From: Candidatus Nanopelagicales bacterium
Lineage (GTDB): Bacteria; Actinomycetota; Actinomycetes; S36-B12
Direction: 5' to 3'
Length of the DNA stretch: 40,929 bases
Assembly (NCBI GenBank): GCA_049315365.1
Contig: JBMOKH010000003.1
Location: 1 to 40,929 of the forward strand
The position numbers were made by a program, and so were the translations under genes. This document shows, one piece after another, positions 21,801-29,142 of the stretch (position 1 is the stretch's first letter; every line of letters begins with the position of its first letter). Below the pieces are notes generated by a model that saw only the letters and a list, made by a program, of their open reading frames with translations, ran no database searches and had not been told where the DNA came from.

Positions 21801-23694
21801 CGACGTATTCGGCAATGGCATGCTGCTGAGCGAGTGCATCCGTCTCGTCGCGGCATTCGACCACCGCGACATCTTCATCGATCCGGGCCCGGATGAGGCC
21901 GCCTCCTTCCGGGAGCGCCGCAGGCTGTTCGACCTGCCGCGCTCGAGCTGGGCGGACTACAACACCGGGCTCATCTCGCGGGGCGGGGGCGTGTTCTCCC
22001 GTGCGGCGAAGGCGATCGAGCTCTCCCCCGAGGCCTTGACAGTGCTCGGCCTGCCGGAGACAACCGGCCCGCTGACACCGGCTGAGGTGATCCGGGCGAT
22101 CCTCGTCGCGCCGGTCGACCTGCTCTGGAACGGCGGTATCGGCACCTACGTCAAGGCCCGAACCCAATCGAATGCCGATGTCGGCGACAAGGGCAATGAC
22201 GCGATCCGGGTCAACGGCGATGACCTTCGCTGCCGAGTCGTGGGGGAGGGCGGCAATCTCGGGCTCACCCAGCTCGGACGCATCGAGGCGGCCCGTGCAG
22301 GAGTGCGACTCAACACCGACGCGATCGACAACTCGGCGGGCGTCGACACGTCCGACCATGAGGTGAACATCAAGATCCTGCTGGACGAGTTCGTCACCGC
22401 TGGCACGATGCTCATGGATGACCGCAATGCACTCCTTGCCGAGATGACCGAAGTCGTCGGTGAGAACGTGCTCGTTGACAACTACGCCCAGAACGTGGTG
22501 CTTGGCATCGCCAGGGCCGGTGCGTCGAACCTCATCACGGTGCACCAGCGGATGATCCGCGATCTCGAGCGGCAGGGGCTGCTCGACCGTGCCCTTGAGT
22601 TCCTCCCTGATGACGAGGAGCTCAACGTGCGCCGTATGGCCGGCCACGGGCTCACCTCGCCAGAGCTCGCGGTGCTGCTCGCGTACGCGAAGATGTCGCT
22701 CACCGCAGTCCTCACGGCCGCCGGACTCGGCGAGGATCCGTGGTACGAGGTGATGCTCAGGCGCTACTTCCCGCCCGCGCTCACCGATCGATTCGCGGAC
22801 TCGCTATGGCACCACCCGCTCCGCGCGGACATCATCAGCACCGTCACGTGCAACCGCCTCCTCAACATCGGCGGCATCACGTTCGCCTTCCGTGCGATGG
22901 AGGAGACGGGGGCCTCGGCCCTCGAGGTGGTGAAGGCCGCCACGGTCGCTCTCGAGGTGTTTGGCATTCAGCGGATGTGGGATGACATCAACGCACAGGA
23001 CAACCTCGTGCCTTCGGCCGCTCAGGATGCACTCCACCTCGAAACCCGGCGACTGCTTGACCGCGGTACCCGCTGGCTCCTCCAGACGCGTGGCAGCGAC
23101 CTCGATGTCGGCGCCCAGATCAGGGGATTCGAGTCCGTCGTTCGAGAGTTCGCTGACGGGGTACCCGCCGAGCTGCACGGCGCGGAGGCGGAGCGGTTCG
23201 AGCGGACGCGGTCGCGGTTCTTGGAGTTGGGCGCGCCGCAGGACCTCGCCCTGCGTGCATCGGCGGCGCTTGATGCCTTTGCCCTCCTGGACATCACGGA
23301 GGTCGCGAGCCGAACTGGCGAGGCGCCCTCGAGCCTCATCCCGCTCTACTTCGCGATCTCAGAGCGGTACGACGTCGATCAGACACTCATGCGGATCACG
23401 GCATTGCCCCGGGGCGACCGCTGGGGTGCGCTGGCCCGTCAGGCGCTGAGGAGTGATCTCTACGGGGTGATCGCCGGCCTGACCGCCCGGGTCAGCCGAG
23501 CGACCGACCCCGGCCTGGCCCAGAGTGATCGAATCCTGCAGTGGGAGCAGGCGCACGCTGCGGGCCTCGGCCGGGCGAGGGCGACCCTCGATGAGATCGC
23601 CGGCACCGAGGATGTCGATCTCGCCACGTTGTCGGTGGCACTGCGGGTCCTGCGCAACCTGGTGGCCCAGGGGGCAGCATCGACCCTCGACTAG
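18814..23694 (+). CDS. gdh: Large NAD-specific glutamate dehydrogenase
   Basis: 1626 aa; DDMPFLVDSV, ARGGLRWSDR, VPVGAKGGF, VVAADKGTATFSD, GVGDMSGDVFGNGML, NSAGVDTSDHEVNIKI. Confidence 0.98.
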   Translation: MQHVVDNLISALDGDGDEELRLLLPRFYRYVAFEDVGSMSVPALIGQVALVSDLARRRLVGESNVMIQRDDEGLATIAAIVTDDMPFLVDSVTAALTEEGRVIRLVMHPQLVVERDSEGNLVRVLDLDVDDPRPDGAIAESWMCFRMDRDFAHDCEPRIAEHVVRVLDDVRATVADWAPMVAQARRLARELRAGPPVSVPDVEVREAADLLEWLCDDHLTFIGYREYLLVTGPDGVEALQAVAGSGLGILRDEEDEVGSADGSPRSSSSFAILPPAVRARARERRILVLSKANSRSTVHRPSYLDYIGVKMFDGAGEVIGERRFLGLFTASAYNESVTEIPVLRERVHQVTDSLGLVPGSHSAKDLRQFLETYPRDELFQTQADQLIEVAESVMHLLERRQTKLYLRVDDYGRFVSCIVYLPRDRYTTPVRLRVERLLRDAFGGVSVDYTALVTESVLARLHYVVHIEPAATVPTVDHAELEGLLAQATQSWEDLFTEAVVASVGEAEAPAFLAEYAAAFPEGYKEEFRAKVAVEDARTIERLEPSELALDWYSQEGDEQDRMRFKVIRVGPAMSLSRILPTLQVMGVEVLDEHPHVIERAAGAPAWILDFGLRLPEGAVEERDSLPGRATEAFRAAWFGECETDPFNALVVRAGLTWRQAALIRAYSRYLRQIGSSFGQEYIQRVMTGNAAIVRLLVRLFETQFDPSLEIDGCGSAAGAISGAGREAAAGVIIDRIEGELESVLSLDHDRILRAFLTVIRATLRTNYFEQGRGPRQALAFKVDPRAIPDMPLPRPMFEIWAYSPRVEGVHMRFGAVARGGLRWSDRPEDFRTEVLGLVKAQAVKNAVIVPVGAKGGFFARNLPDPSVDRDGWLAEGKAAYREFVSALLDVTDNRVAGSIVPPAGVVRRDGDDSYLVVAADKGTATFSDLANGISAEYGFWLGDAFASGGSVGYDHKAMGITARGAWESVKRHFRDLGMDTQRESFTVVGVGDMSGDVFGNGMLLSECIRLVAAFDHRDIFIDPGPDEAASFRERRRLFDLPRSSWADYNTGLISRGGGVFSRAAKAIELSPEALTVLGLPETTGPLTPAEVIRAILVAPVDLLWNGGIGTYVKARTQSNADVGDKGNDAIRVNGDDLRCRVVGEGGNLGLTQLGRIEAARAGVRLNTDAIDNSAGVDTSDHEVNIKILLDEFVTAGTMLMDDRNALLAEMTEVVGENVLVDNYAQNVVLGIARAGASNLITVHQRMIRDLERQGLLDRALEFLPDDEELNVRRMAGHGLTSPELAVLLAYAKMSLTAVLTAAGLGEDPWYEVMLRRYFPPALTDRFADSLWHHPLRADIISTVTCNRLLNIGGITFAFRAMEETGASALEVVKAATVALEVFGIQRMWDDINAQDNLVPSAAQDALHLETRRLLDRGTRWLLQTRGSDLDVGAQIRGFESVVREFADGVPAELHGAEAERFERTRSRFLELGAPQDLALRASAALDAFALLDITEVASRTGEAPSSLIPLYFAISERYDVDQTLMRITALPRGDRWGALARQALRSDLYGVIAGLTARVSRATDPGLAQSDRILQWEQAHAAGLGRARATLDEIAGTEDVDLATLSVALRVLRNLVAQGAASTLD

Positions 23695-23732
23695 CAGGGC
23701 TGTTGCGAAGCATGTGCAGGTGAGTGGTTGGA

Positions 23733-23758
23733 GGAATCCCGTTGGGGCCGGGAGGGTT
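23733..23758 (+). promoter_or_regulatory. SigR/SigH-type ECF promoter upstream of moeZ
   Basis: GGAAT-N18-GTT, the SigR/SigH consensus; moeB/moeZ is a known member of that regulon. Confidence 0.75.
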
Positions 23759-23803
23759 AGCATGCACAAGATCCCTTCATCGGCCCTGACACTGGAGTGA
23801 ACC

Positions 23804-24994
23804 GTGAGCCTGCCTCCCCTCGTGGAGCCCGCCGCAGAACTGACCGTCGATGAGGTGCGCCGCTACAGCCGCCACCTGATCATCCCGGATGTCGGCATGG
23901 CCGGGCAGAAGCGGCTGAAGAACGCGCGGGTGCTGTGCGTTGGCGCAGGGGGCCTCGGCAGCCCGGCACTGATGTATCTCGCCGCGGCCGGCGTCGGCAC
24001 GCTCGGCATCGTCGAGTTCGACACGGTCGACGAGTCGAATCTTCAGCGCCAGATCATTCACGGCCAGAGCGATATCGGACGGTCTAAGGCCGAGAGCGCT
24101 CGCGACAGCGTCCGCGAGATCAATCCGCTCGTGCAGGTGAACGTCCACGAGGTTCGGCTCGACTCGACAAACGTCATGGATCTCTTCGCGCAGTACGACC
24201 TCATCGTCGACGGCACTGACAACTTCGCGACCCGCTACCTGGTGAACGACGCCTGCGTTCTGCTCGAGAAGCCCTATGTGTGGGGATCGATCTACCGGTT
24301 CGATGGGCAGGCGAGCGTGTTCTGGGCCGAGTACGGCCCCTGCTACCGCTGCCTTTACCCCGAGCCCCCGCCGCCCGGCATGGTGCCGAGCTGCGCCGAG
24401 GGTGGCGTGCTCGGCGTCCTGTGCGCGTCGATCGGCTCTATCCAGGTCACCGAGGCCATCAAGCTGCTTGCGGGCATCGGCGAGCCGTTGCTCGGACGGC
24501 TGATGATCTACGACGCGCTCGAGATGACCTATCGCCAGGTGAAGATCCGCAAGGACCCGAACTGCGCGGTCTGTGGCGCCGAGCCCACCGTCACCGAGCT
24601 CATCGACTACGAAGCCTTCTGCGGTTCCATCTCGCTCGAGGCAGCCGAGGCGGCGATGGACTCGACGATCTCCGTCAAGGACCTCAAGGTACTGCTCGAT
24701 GCCCGTGACCGCGGAGAGGACGACTTCGTGCTCATTGACGTGCGCGAGCCGGGCGAGTTCGAGATCGTGCAGATCCCCGGGGCGATCCTTATCCCGAAGG
24801 GCAAGTTCTTGGACGGATCCGCGCTCGCCGACCTGCCGACCGACAAGCGCGTGATCCTGCACTGCAAGGTGGGCGGACGATCGGCTGAGGCGCTGGCCGT
24901 CGTGAAGGGCGCCGGGTTCACCGACGCCGTGCACGTGGGCGGCGGGCTGCTCGCCTGGGTGAACCAGATCGAGCCGGAGAAGCCGACCTACTGA
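23804..24994 (+). CDS. moeZ: Adenylyltransferase/sulfurtransferase MoeZ (MoeB-rhodanese)
   Basis: RYSRHL, GAGGLG, SNLQRQ, CYRCLYPEPPPPGMVPSCAEGGVLG; rhodanese HCKVGGRS. Confidence 0.97.
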   Translation: MSLPPLVEPAAELTVDEVRRYSRHLIIPDVGMAGQKRLKNARVLCVGAGGLGSPALMYLAAAGVGTLGIVEFDTVDESNLQRQIIHGQSDIGRSKAESARDSVREINPLVQVNVHEVRLDSTNVMDLFAQYDLIVDGTDNFATRYLVNDACVLLEKPYVWGSIYRFDGQASVFWAEYGPCYRCLYPEPPPPGMVPSCAEGGVLGVLCASIGSIQVTEAIKLLAGIGEPLLGRLMIYDALEMTYRQVKIRKDPNCAVCGAEPTVTELIDYEAFCGSISLEAAEAAMDSTISVKDLKVLLDARDRGEDDFVLIDVREPGEFEIVQIPGAILIPKGKFLDGSALADLPTDKRVILHCKVGGRSAEALAVVKGAGFTDAVHVGGGLLAWVNQIEPEKPTY

Positions 24995-25014
24995 GAGGCC
25001 TCGCCGAAGACCGT

Positions 25015-25077
25015 ACGTGCGCGATACTGTCGTGAAATCCCCTTGGCGGGGCCCTTTCACGACAGTATCGAGCATGT
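25015..25077. repeat. REP-like palindrome A (downstream of the AbiEi/DUF559 gene)
   Basis: Perfect 16-bp arms CGATACTGTCGTGAAA (25022-25037) / TTTCACGACAGTATCG (25055-25070), extendable to 25015/25077. Confidence 0.9.
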
Positions 25078-25095
25078 GGGCGCGTTGAGGCGCCG

Positions 25096-26139
25096 TTATG
25101 GACGCCGGAGGCCTCGATGCTGGCGGCCGAGAGCCTCCTGGATGCGCCGAACCATGATGGTGGGCGCCACGACCGCCTCGAACCAGTTCCAGCGGATGAC
25201 GAGCCAACCCGCGCGCTCGAGGGATTCCTGGCGGCGCTTCTCTGCGATGAGGACGTCGCGAGTCTCGTACTTCACTCCGCCGTCGGCCTCGCCGATGACC
25301 TTGGCATCCGGCCAGACGAAGTCCGCCCAGTAGGTCTTGCCGTCATCGCCGGTCACCGGCACTCCGCATCGGGGCGGGGGTACTCGATGCCGGTGCATCT
25401 GCCACCGGGACAGGGATTCTAGGTGCGACTCGGCCGCGGGATCAGCGAATGGGATGAGCGTCGACAGGCCCGCAACTCCCTTGCGCGCGCTCATCTGGCC
25501 CAGAATCCGGGCGAGATGAGCGGTGGCGGTGGCGCGTGATGCCGCCGACTGAACCGCCTGCCTCACGTCGATGCCACGATTGTCATCGGACACGAGTCGC
25601 CGAAGGCCGACGTCGAGGATGGCGATCGCCTGTCCCGGCGGCAACTGGAGGGCAAGATCCAGACACGTACGGGCGACCGAGGTGCCCGGCATTCCGAGCG
25701 AGAGCGTGCGCTGGTCGTCAGGGATGATTCCTGGGTACAGGCGTATGCGCGGTTGACGCCGTCCGACGCCGGGCTGGGTCAGTTCGACAATCGCTACGCG
25801 CCCGAGGCGCTGGTCGAGGTACGTGGCGATCGGGTCGTCGTTCCACGGAAGTTGCAGGAGGAGCGCAGCGGAGCGATGGCTGGCGATCGCGCTTGGATGG
25901 CGGAGCAGGGCGGATTCGAGGGCAAGGTGGTGCCGGCCGGCTTCGTCAGCCTGGCGCCACACGTGATCTGGCAGCAGGGTTCCTGGCTGGAGCGACACTA
26001 GGCCACCGGCGGCCAGCGCCGCGCGCACCTTGCCCTCGGTCAGGCCGTGGGAGAAAGCGGTGCGTCGGGTGATGGGCCGAAAGAATCCGAGCCGGGAGAT
26101 CTCCTGGGACGTGCTGGCGATTCTCCGGGGATCGGGCAT
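25096..26139 (-). CDS. AbiEi-like N-terminal domain plus DUF559/Vsr-like PD-(D/E)xK nuclease-fold protein
   Basis: ASHRSAALL, TSVARTCLDLA, AESHLES, ADFVWP, IGEADGGVKY, EKRRQESLERAGWLVIRW; start set at ATG 26139 (CACAAT-N6-ATG). Confidence 0.85.
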   Translation of the reverse strand: MPDPRRIASTSQEISRLGFFRPITRRTAFSHGLTEGKVRAALAAGGLVSLQPGTLLPDHVWRQADEAGRHHLALESALLRHPSAIASHRSAALLLQLPWNDDPIATYLDQRLGRVAIVELTQPGVGRRQPRIRLYPGIIPDDQRTLSLGMPGTSVARTCLDLALQLPPGQAIAILDVGLRRLVSDDNRGIDVRQAVQSAASRATATAHLARILGQMSARKGVAGLSTLIPFADPAAESHLESLSRWQMHRHRVPPPRCGVPVTGDDGKTYWADFVWPDAKVIGEADGGVKYETRDVLIAEKRRQESLERAGWLVIRWNWFEAVVAPTIMVRRIQEALGRQHRGLRRP

Positions 26140-26203
26140 CGGGGAATTGTGCCTGCAGCCGGTCGCGGCCGGCAAAACTGCCGTCCACAGGCTGCCCTGC
26201 CAC

Positions 26204-26270
26204 GAACATGCACGTTGCTGTCGCGAAATAGCCGGAATCTGCCGGGAAAGCGACAGTAACGCGCATGTTC
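26204..26270. repeat. REP-like palindrome B (upstream of the AbiEi/DUF559 gene)
   Basis: 21-bp arms GAACATGCACGTTGCTGTCGC (26204-26224) / GCGACAGTAACGCGCATGTTC (26250-26270) with 2 mismatches; sequence-related to palindrome A. Confidence 0.9.
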
Positions 26271-26371
26271 AGGCGGTTGGCACGGCCTCCGGGGTTGGAA
26301 AAGCCGCGCGCTCAGTCCCCGGGACCGGCGGTGCCCTGCGGGTGCTCGCCGGCGGCGGCCCGAAGCTGTGA

Positions 26372-26599
26372 CTAGCTGCCGAGACCGGCGTCAGTGAAGC
26401 CCTCGCGCTTGTGGGCGCCGTCGCAAAAGGGCTTGTTCGCGGAGTGTCCGCAGCGGCACAGGTACGCCTTGCTCGTCTCGCGCAGGACGGTACCGTCTGC
26501 CGCGATGATCTCGACCGGGCCAACGACCTCGAGGGGGCCGTCGGCTCCCACTGTGATGGTGACGGATGGGCTGGCCGGCTGACTCGTGGATTCGCTCAT
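26372..26599 (-). CDS. CDGSH iron-sulfur domain protein
   Basis: DGPLEV...YLCRCGHSANKPFCDGAH; CACAAT-N6-ATG. Confidence 0.95.
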   Translation of the reverse strand: MSESTSQPASPSVTITVGADGPLEVVGPVEIIAADGTVLRETSKAYLCRCGHSANKPFCDGAHKREGFTDAGLGS

Positions 26600-26662
26600 G
26601 CGAGCATTGTGCCGCCCGCCGCAGGATGCCGCACTCTCGGGCCAGCGGGCCCAGGCACGAGA

Positions 26663-29104
26663 CTAGAGGGCGCCCTTCTTCGTCAGCCAGTTGAAGGACC
26701 AGTATCCCGGCAGGGTCGGCAGCCAGAAGGTGACGAGCCGGTAGAGGAGAACGGCCGACACGGCGACACCGCCGTCAAGGCCGGCTGCAGTGAGACCGGC
26801 TGAGAGGGCGGCCTCAACCGCGCCGAGTCCGCCGGGTGTCGGCGCCGCCTGGCCGATGGTGGCGCCCGCGAGGTAGACCACCGCGATGACCGCGATGCTC
26901 AACTCGCCCCCGAAGGCATGAACGCATGCGATGAGAACCCCGATGTAGGCGAGGTTGAGGACGAGGATGCCGCCGATGCCCTCGAGCAGCTTGTATGGCC
27001 GCTGCGCCAGCGTGACGAGCCGGGGTACCACCTCTCGCAGCGTTGGCCGGACCCGGTCGGTAATGAGACGGCGTATCGCGGGAACGGCCAGGAGGGCAAG
27101 GACGAGTACCGCGACCGCAGCGATCGCGATGACGACGAGGCGAGGGGGGTTGAAGGTGAAGTCGTGCTGGGTGCCGGCGGCGATGCCGAAGGCGAAGAGC
27201 AGGAGGATGTGGAAGACGAAGGCCATGACCTGCGAGACCCCCACCGAGGCAGCGGCGAGTGCGGGATGCAGGCCCGCGCGCTGGAGGAATCGCATGTTGA
27301 TGGCGACGGCGCCCAGGGTTGGAGGGGAGACGAGGGTCGCGAAGTCGCCGGCGAGTTGCGCGAGAATCGTCCGATGGAGCACGAGCCGCTCGGGAACGAA
27401 ACCGGAGAGGGACCAAGCGGCGCCGACGTAGGTGATGAGGCTCAGGACCAGGGCTGCGAGGACCCACCAGCCGTTCGCGGATGTAATGAGCGTCGCGAGG
27501 TCGACCTGGGCCAGTTGGGAGAGCAGGACGTAGCCGGCGATGGAGCCGACGACGATCATGACGAGCGTGCGGATCTTCACCCGTTCGAGACGTATCTGCT
27601 CGACGGGCTCCCCGGGACGGCTCTCGAGCAGGGCGTCCCTCAGGCCCACCATGAGCTGCTTGTTCTTGCGCATGGCGCGACGGGTGGTCCAGGAGAGCGC
27701 GACAGGCTGAAGGGTCGGCAGGGCGCGCAGGAGGCCGGCATCGCCGAGCACCCGCTGCCCCGACGCCACCGCCCGGTCGACTCCGACGATGAGCGCGAGC
27801 GTGCAGAGCATCTCGGCGAGATCGATGCGCATCGACACGTCGCCGGCCGCAACGGTTCCGCCGTCGTATCCGATGATCTGGACTCCGCCATCCGCTGCCC
27901 GGATGAGGTGATCGGCCGAGAGACGCCGGTGGCTGATCTGGTGGTCGTGCAGGATCTTCAGTGCGCGCCAGGCATCGTCGAGATCGGTGTCGGTGAGATC
28001 GGTGGCATCGGAGAAGACCGTGCCGTCGATGTGCTCGAAGGCCAGGAGGCTGGAGTCGGGACCGACCTCGGAGGCGAGGAGCAGCCGTGGCATCGGGGCG
28101 CCCGCCGCCTCGCCGGCGTAGGACATGAGCGCGGTGTGGTCGAGCGAACGTCGCATGTTGAAGGCGCCGCTGCCGGTCTCGCTGCGCAGGCGCACCGCCG
28201 TCCAGATGGAACTGACGAGGCCCGCGCCCTCGAGGTCGCGGTCGAGAACGGCGATTCGCATCTGCCGGCCGGTGGAGGTGACGGCGCGATAGCGGCGTCC
28301 TCGGCTCGTTGTGACCTCGGCGGAGAGCGATGTGATCGTGAACCCGCCTCGGGTCAGGGCGGCGACGATTTCAGCCGAGCTCGGCCGGGTGGTCGGGGTG
28401 CCGAGCACGTATCGGCAGATGAGTCCGATCGCCCAGCCGATCGACAGTGATACCCCGACGCCCGCGAGCGCGATCCCCGAGTTCAGGACGGCGACCGTGA
28501 CGAGCGAACCGATCACCAGGATGCTCAGGACATTCCAGGGACGCCGGCCCATGAGTCGAGCCACGGTGATGAAGGCGATGAGCCCGCCGAGAATCGGGGC
28601 AGTGGCGGTGCTGCCCTCGTTCGCGGATCCGGCGAGGGCGGCGAGAAGCCTTGGGGAGTCAAGGCCTGAGATGACGTTCGTCGCGATGGTGAGGACGACG
28701 ATCGTGACGAGGAGCGCGACGAGGGCGTCGAAGAGCTGGCGGAGGCGGCGGCGGACCACGAGGGCGATGGACGCGGCGATCGGCAGCCCGAGGGTGCCGA
28801 TGCCTCCGATGATGTTCAGTGCAAGGACGATGAGGCTCGGCAGGAGCTGGGCCCCGGTCGAGAGGTCGGTGCCGATGCCAGCGGTCGTGCTCGTCGCGAA
28901 CCACGCGACCAGGACGATGCTCGCGGTGAGCACGAGGGACGCGGTGAACCGGGCGAGGTCGAGCGGGCGGCGAACGCGCCGAGGGAATTCGTCGGCGCTG
29001 ATGAACGCATCGGGAAGGATCTCCCCCGGGGCGGTATTTCCGGGCGCGCCAACACAGGAAAGGGCGGCTGGCCCGAACCCTGATCCGCTCTCCTCGGTGG
29101 ACAC
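26663..29104 (-). CDS. UPF0104 / lysylphosphatidylglycerol synthase TM (flippase-like) protein with central kinase-like region
   Basis: N-terminal TM bundle, soluble middle region (HQISHRRL), C-terminal TMs with PTPGGLGAVEAAL and LYRLVTFWLP. Confidence 0.9.
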   Translation of the reverse strand: MSTEESGSGFGPAALSCVGAPGNTAPGEILPDAFISADEFPRRVRRPLDLARFTASLVLTASIVLVAWFATSTTAGIGTDLSTGAQLLPSLIVLALNIIGGIGTLGLPIAASIALVVRRRLRQLFDALVALLVTIVVLTIATNVISGLDSPRLLAALAGSANEGSTATAPILGGLIAFITVARLMGRRPWNVLSILVIGSLVTVAVLNSGIALAGVGVSLSIGWAIGLICRYVLGTPTTRPSSAEIVAALTRGGFTITSLSAEVTTSRGRRYRAVTSTGRQMRIAVLDRDLEGAGLVSSIWTAVRLRSETGSGAFNMRRSLDHTALMSYAGEAAGAPMPRLLLASEVGPDSSLLAFEHIDGTVFSDATDLTDTDLDDAWRALKILHDHQISHRRLSADHLIRAADGGVQIIGYDGGTVAAGDVSMRIDLAEMLCTLALIVGVDRAVASGQRVLGDAGLLRALPTLQPVALSWTTRRAMRKNKQLMVGLRDALLESRPGEPVEQIRLERVKIRTLVMIVVGSIAGYVLLSQLAQVDLATLITSANGWWVLAALVLSLITYVGAAWSLSGFVPERLVLHRTILAQLAGDFATLVSPPTLGAVAINMRFLQRAGLHPALAAASVGVSQVMAFVFHILLLFAFGIAAGTQHDFTFNPPRLVVIAIAAVAVLVLALLAVPAIRRLITDRVRPTLREVVPRLVTLAQRPYKLLEGIGGILVLNLAYIGVLIACVHAFGGELSIAVIAVVYLAGATIGQAAPTPGGLGAVEAALSAGLTAAGLDGGVAVSAVLLYRLVTFWLPTLPGYWSFNWLTKKGAL

Positions 29105-29114
29105 CTGAGCATCT

Positions 29115-29136
29115 TGTCAGACGCTGCTGATAGTCA
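29115..29136 (+). promoter_or_regulatory. Candidate PafBC (RecA-NDp) DNA-damage promoter for adnAB
   Basis: TGTCAG-N10-TAGTCA versus consensus TGTCRG-N10-TANNNT (last base differs); ends 6 nt before ATG 29143. Confidence 0.55.
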
Positions 29137-29142
29137 TGACCC

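Noticed and set aside
25096-26139. Complete type IV toxin-antitoxin (AbiEi/AbiEii) locus or IS element
   Set aside because: No nucleotidyltransferase toxin gene adjacent, no DDE or HUH transposase motif, and no obvious target-site duplication.
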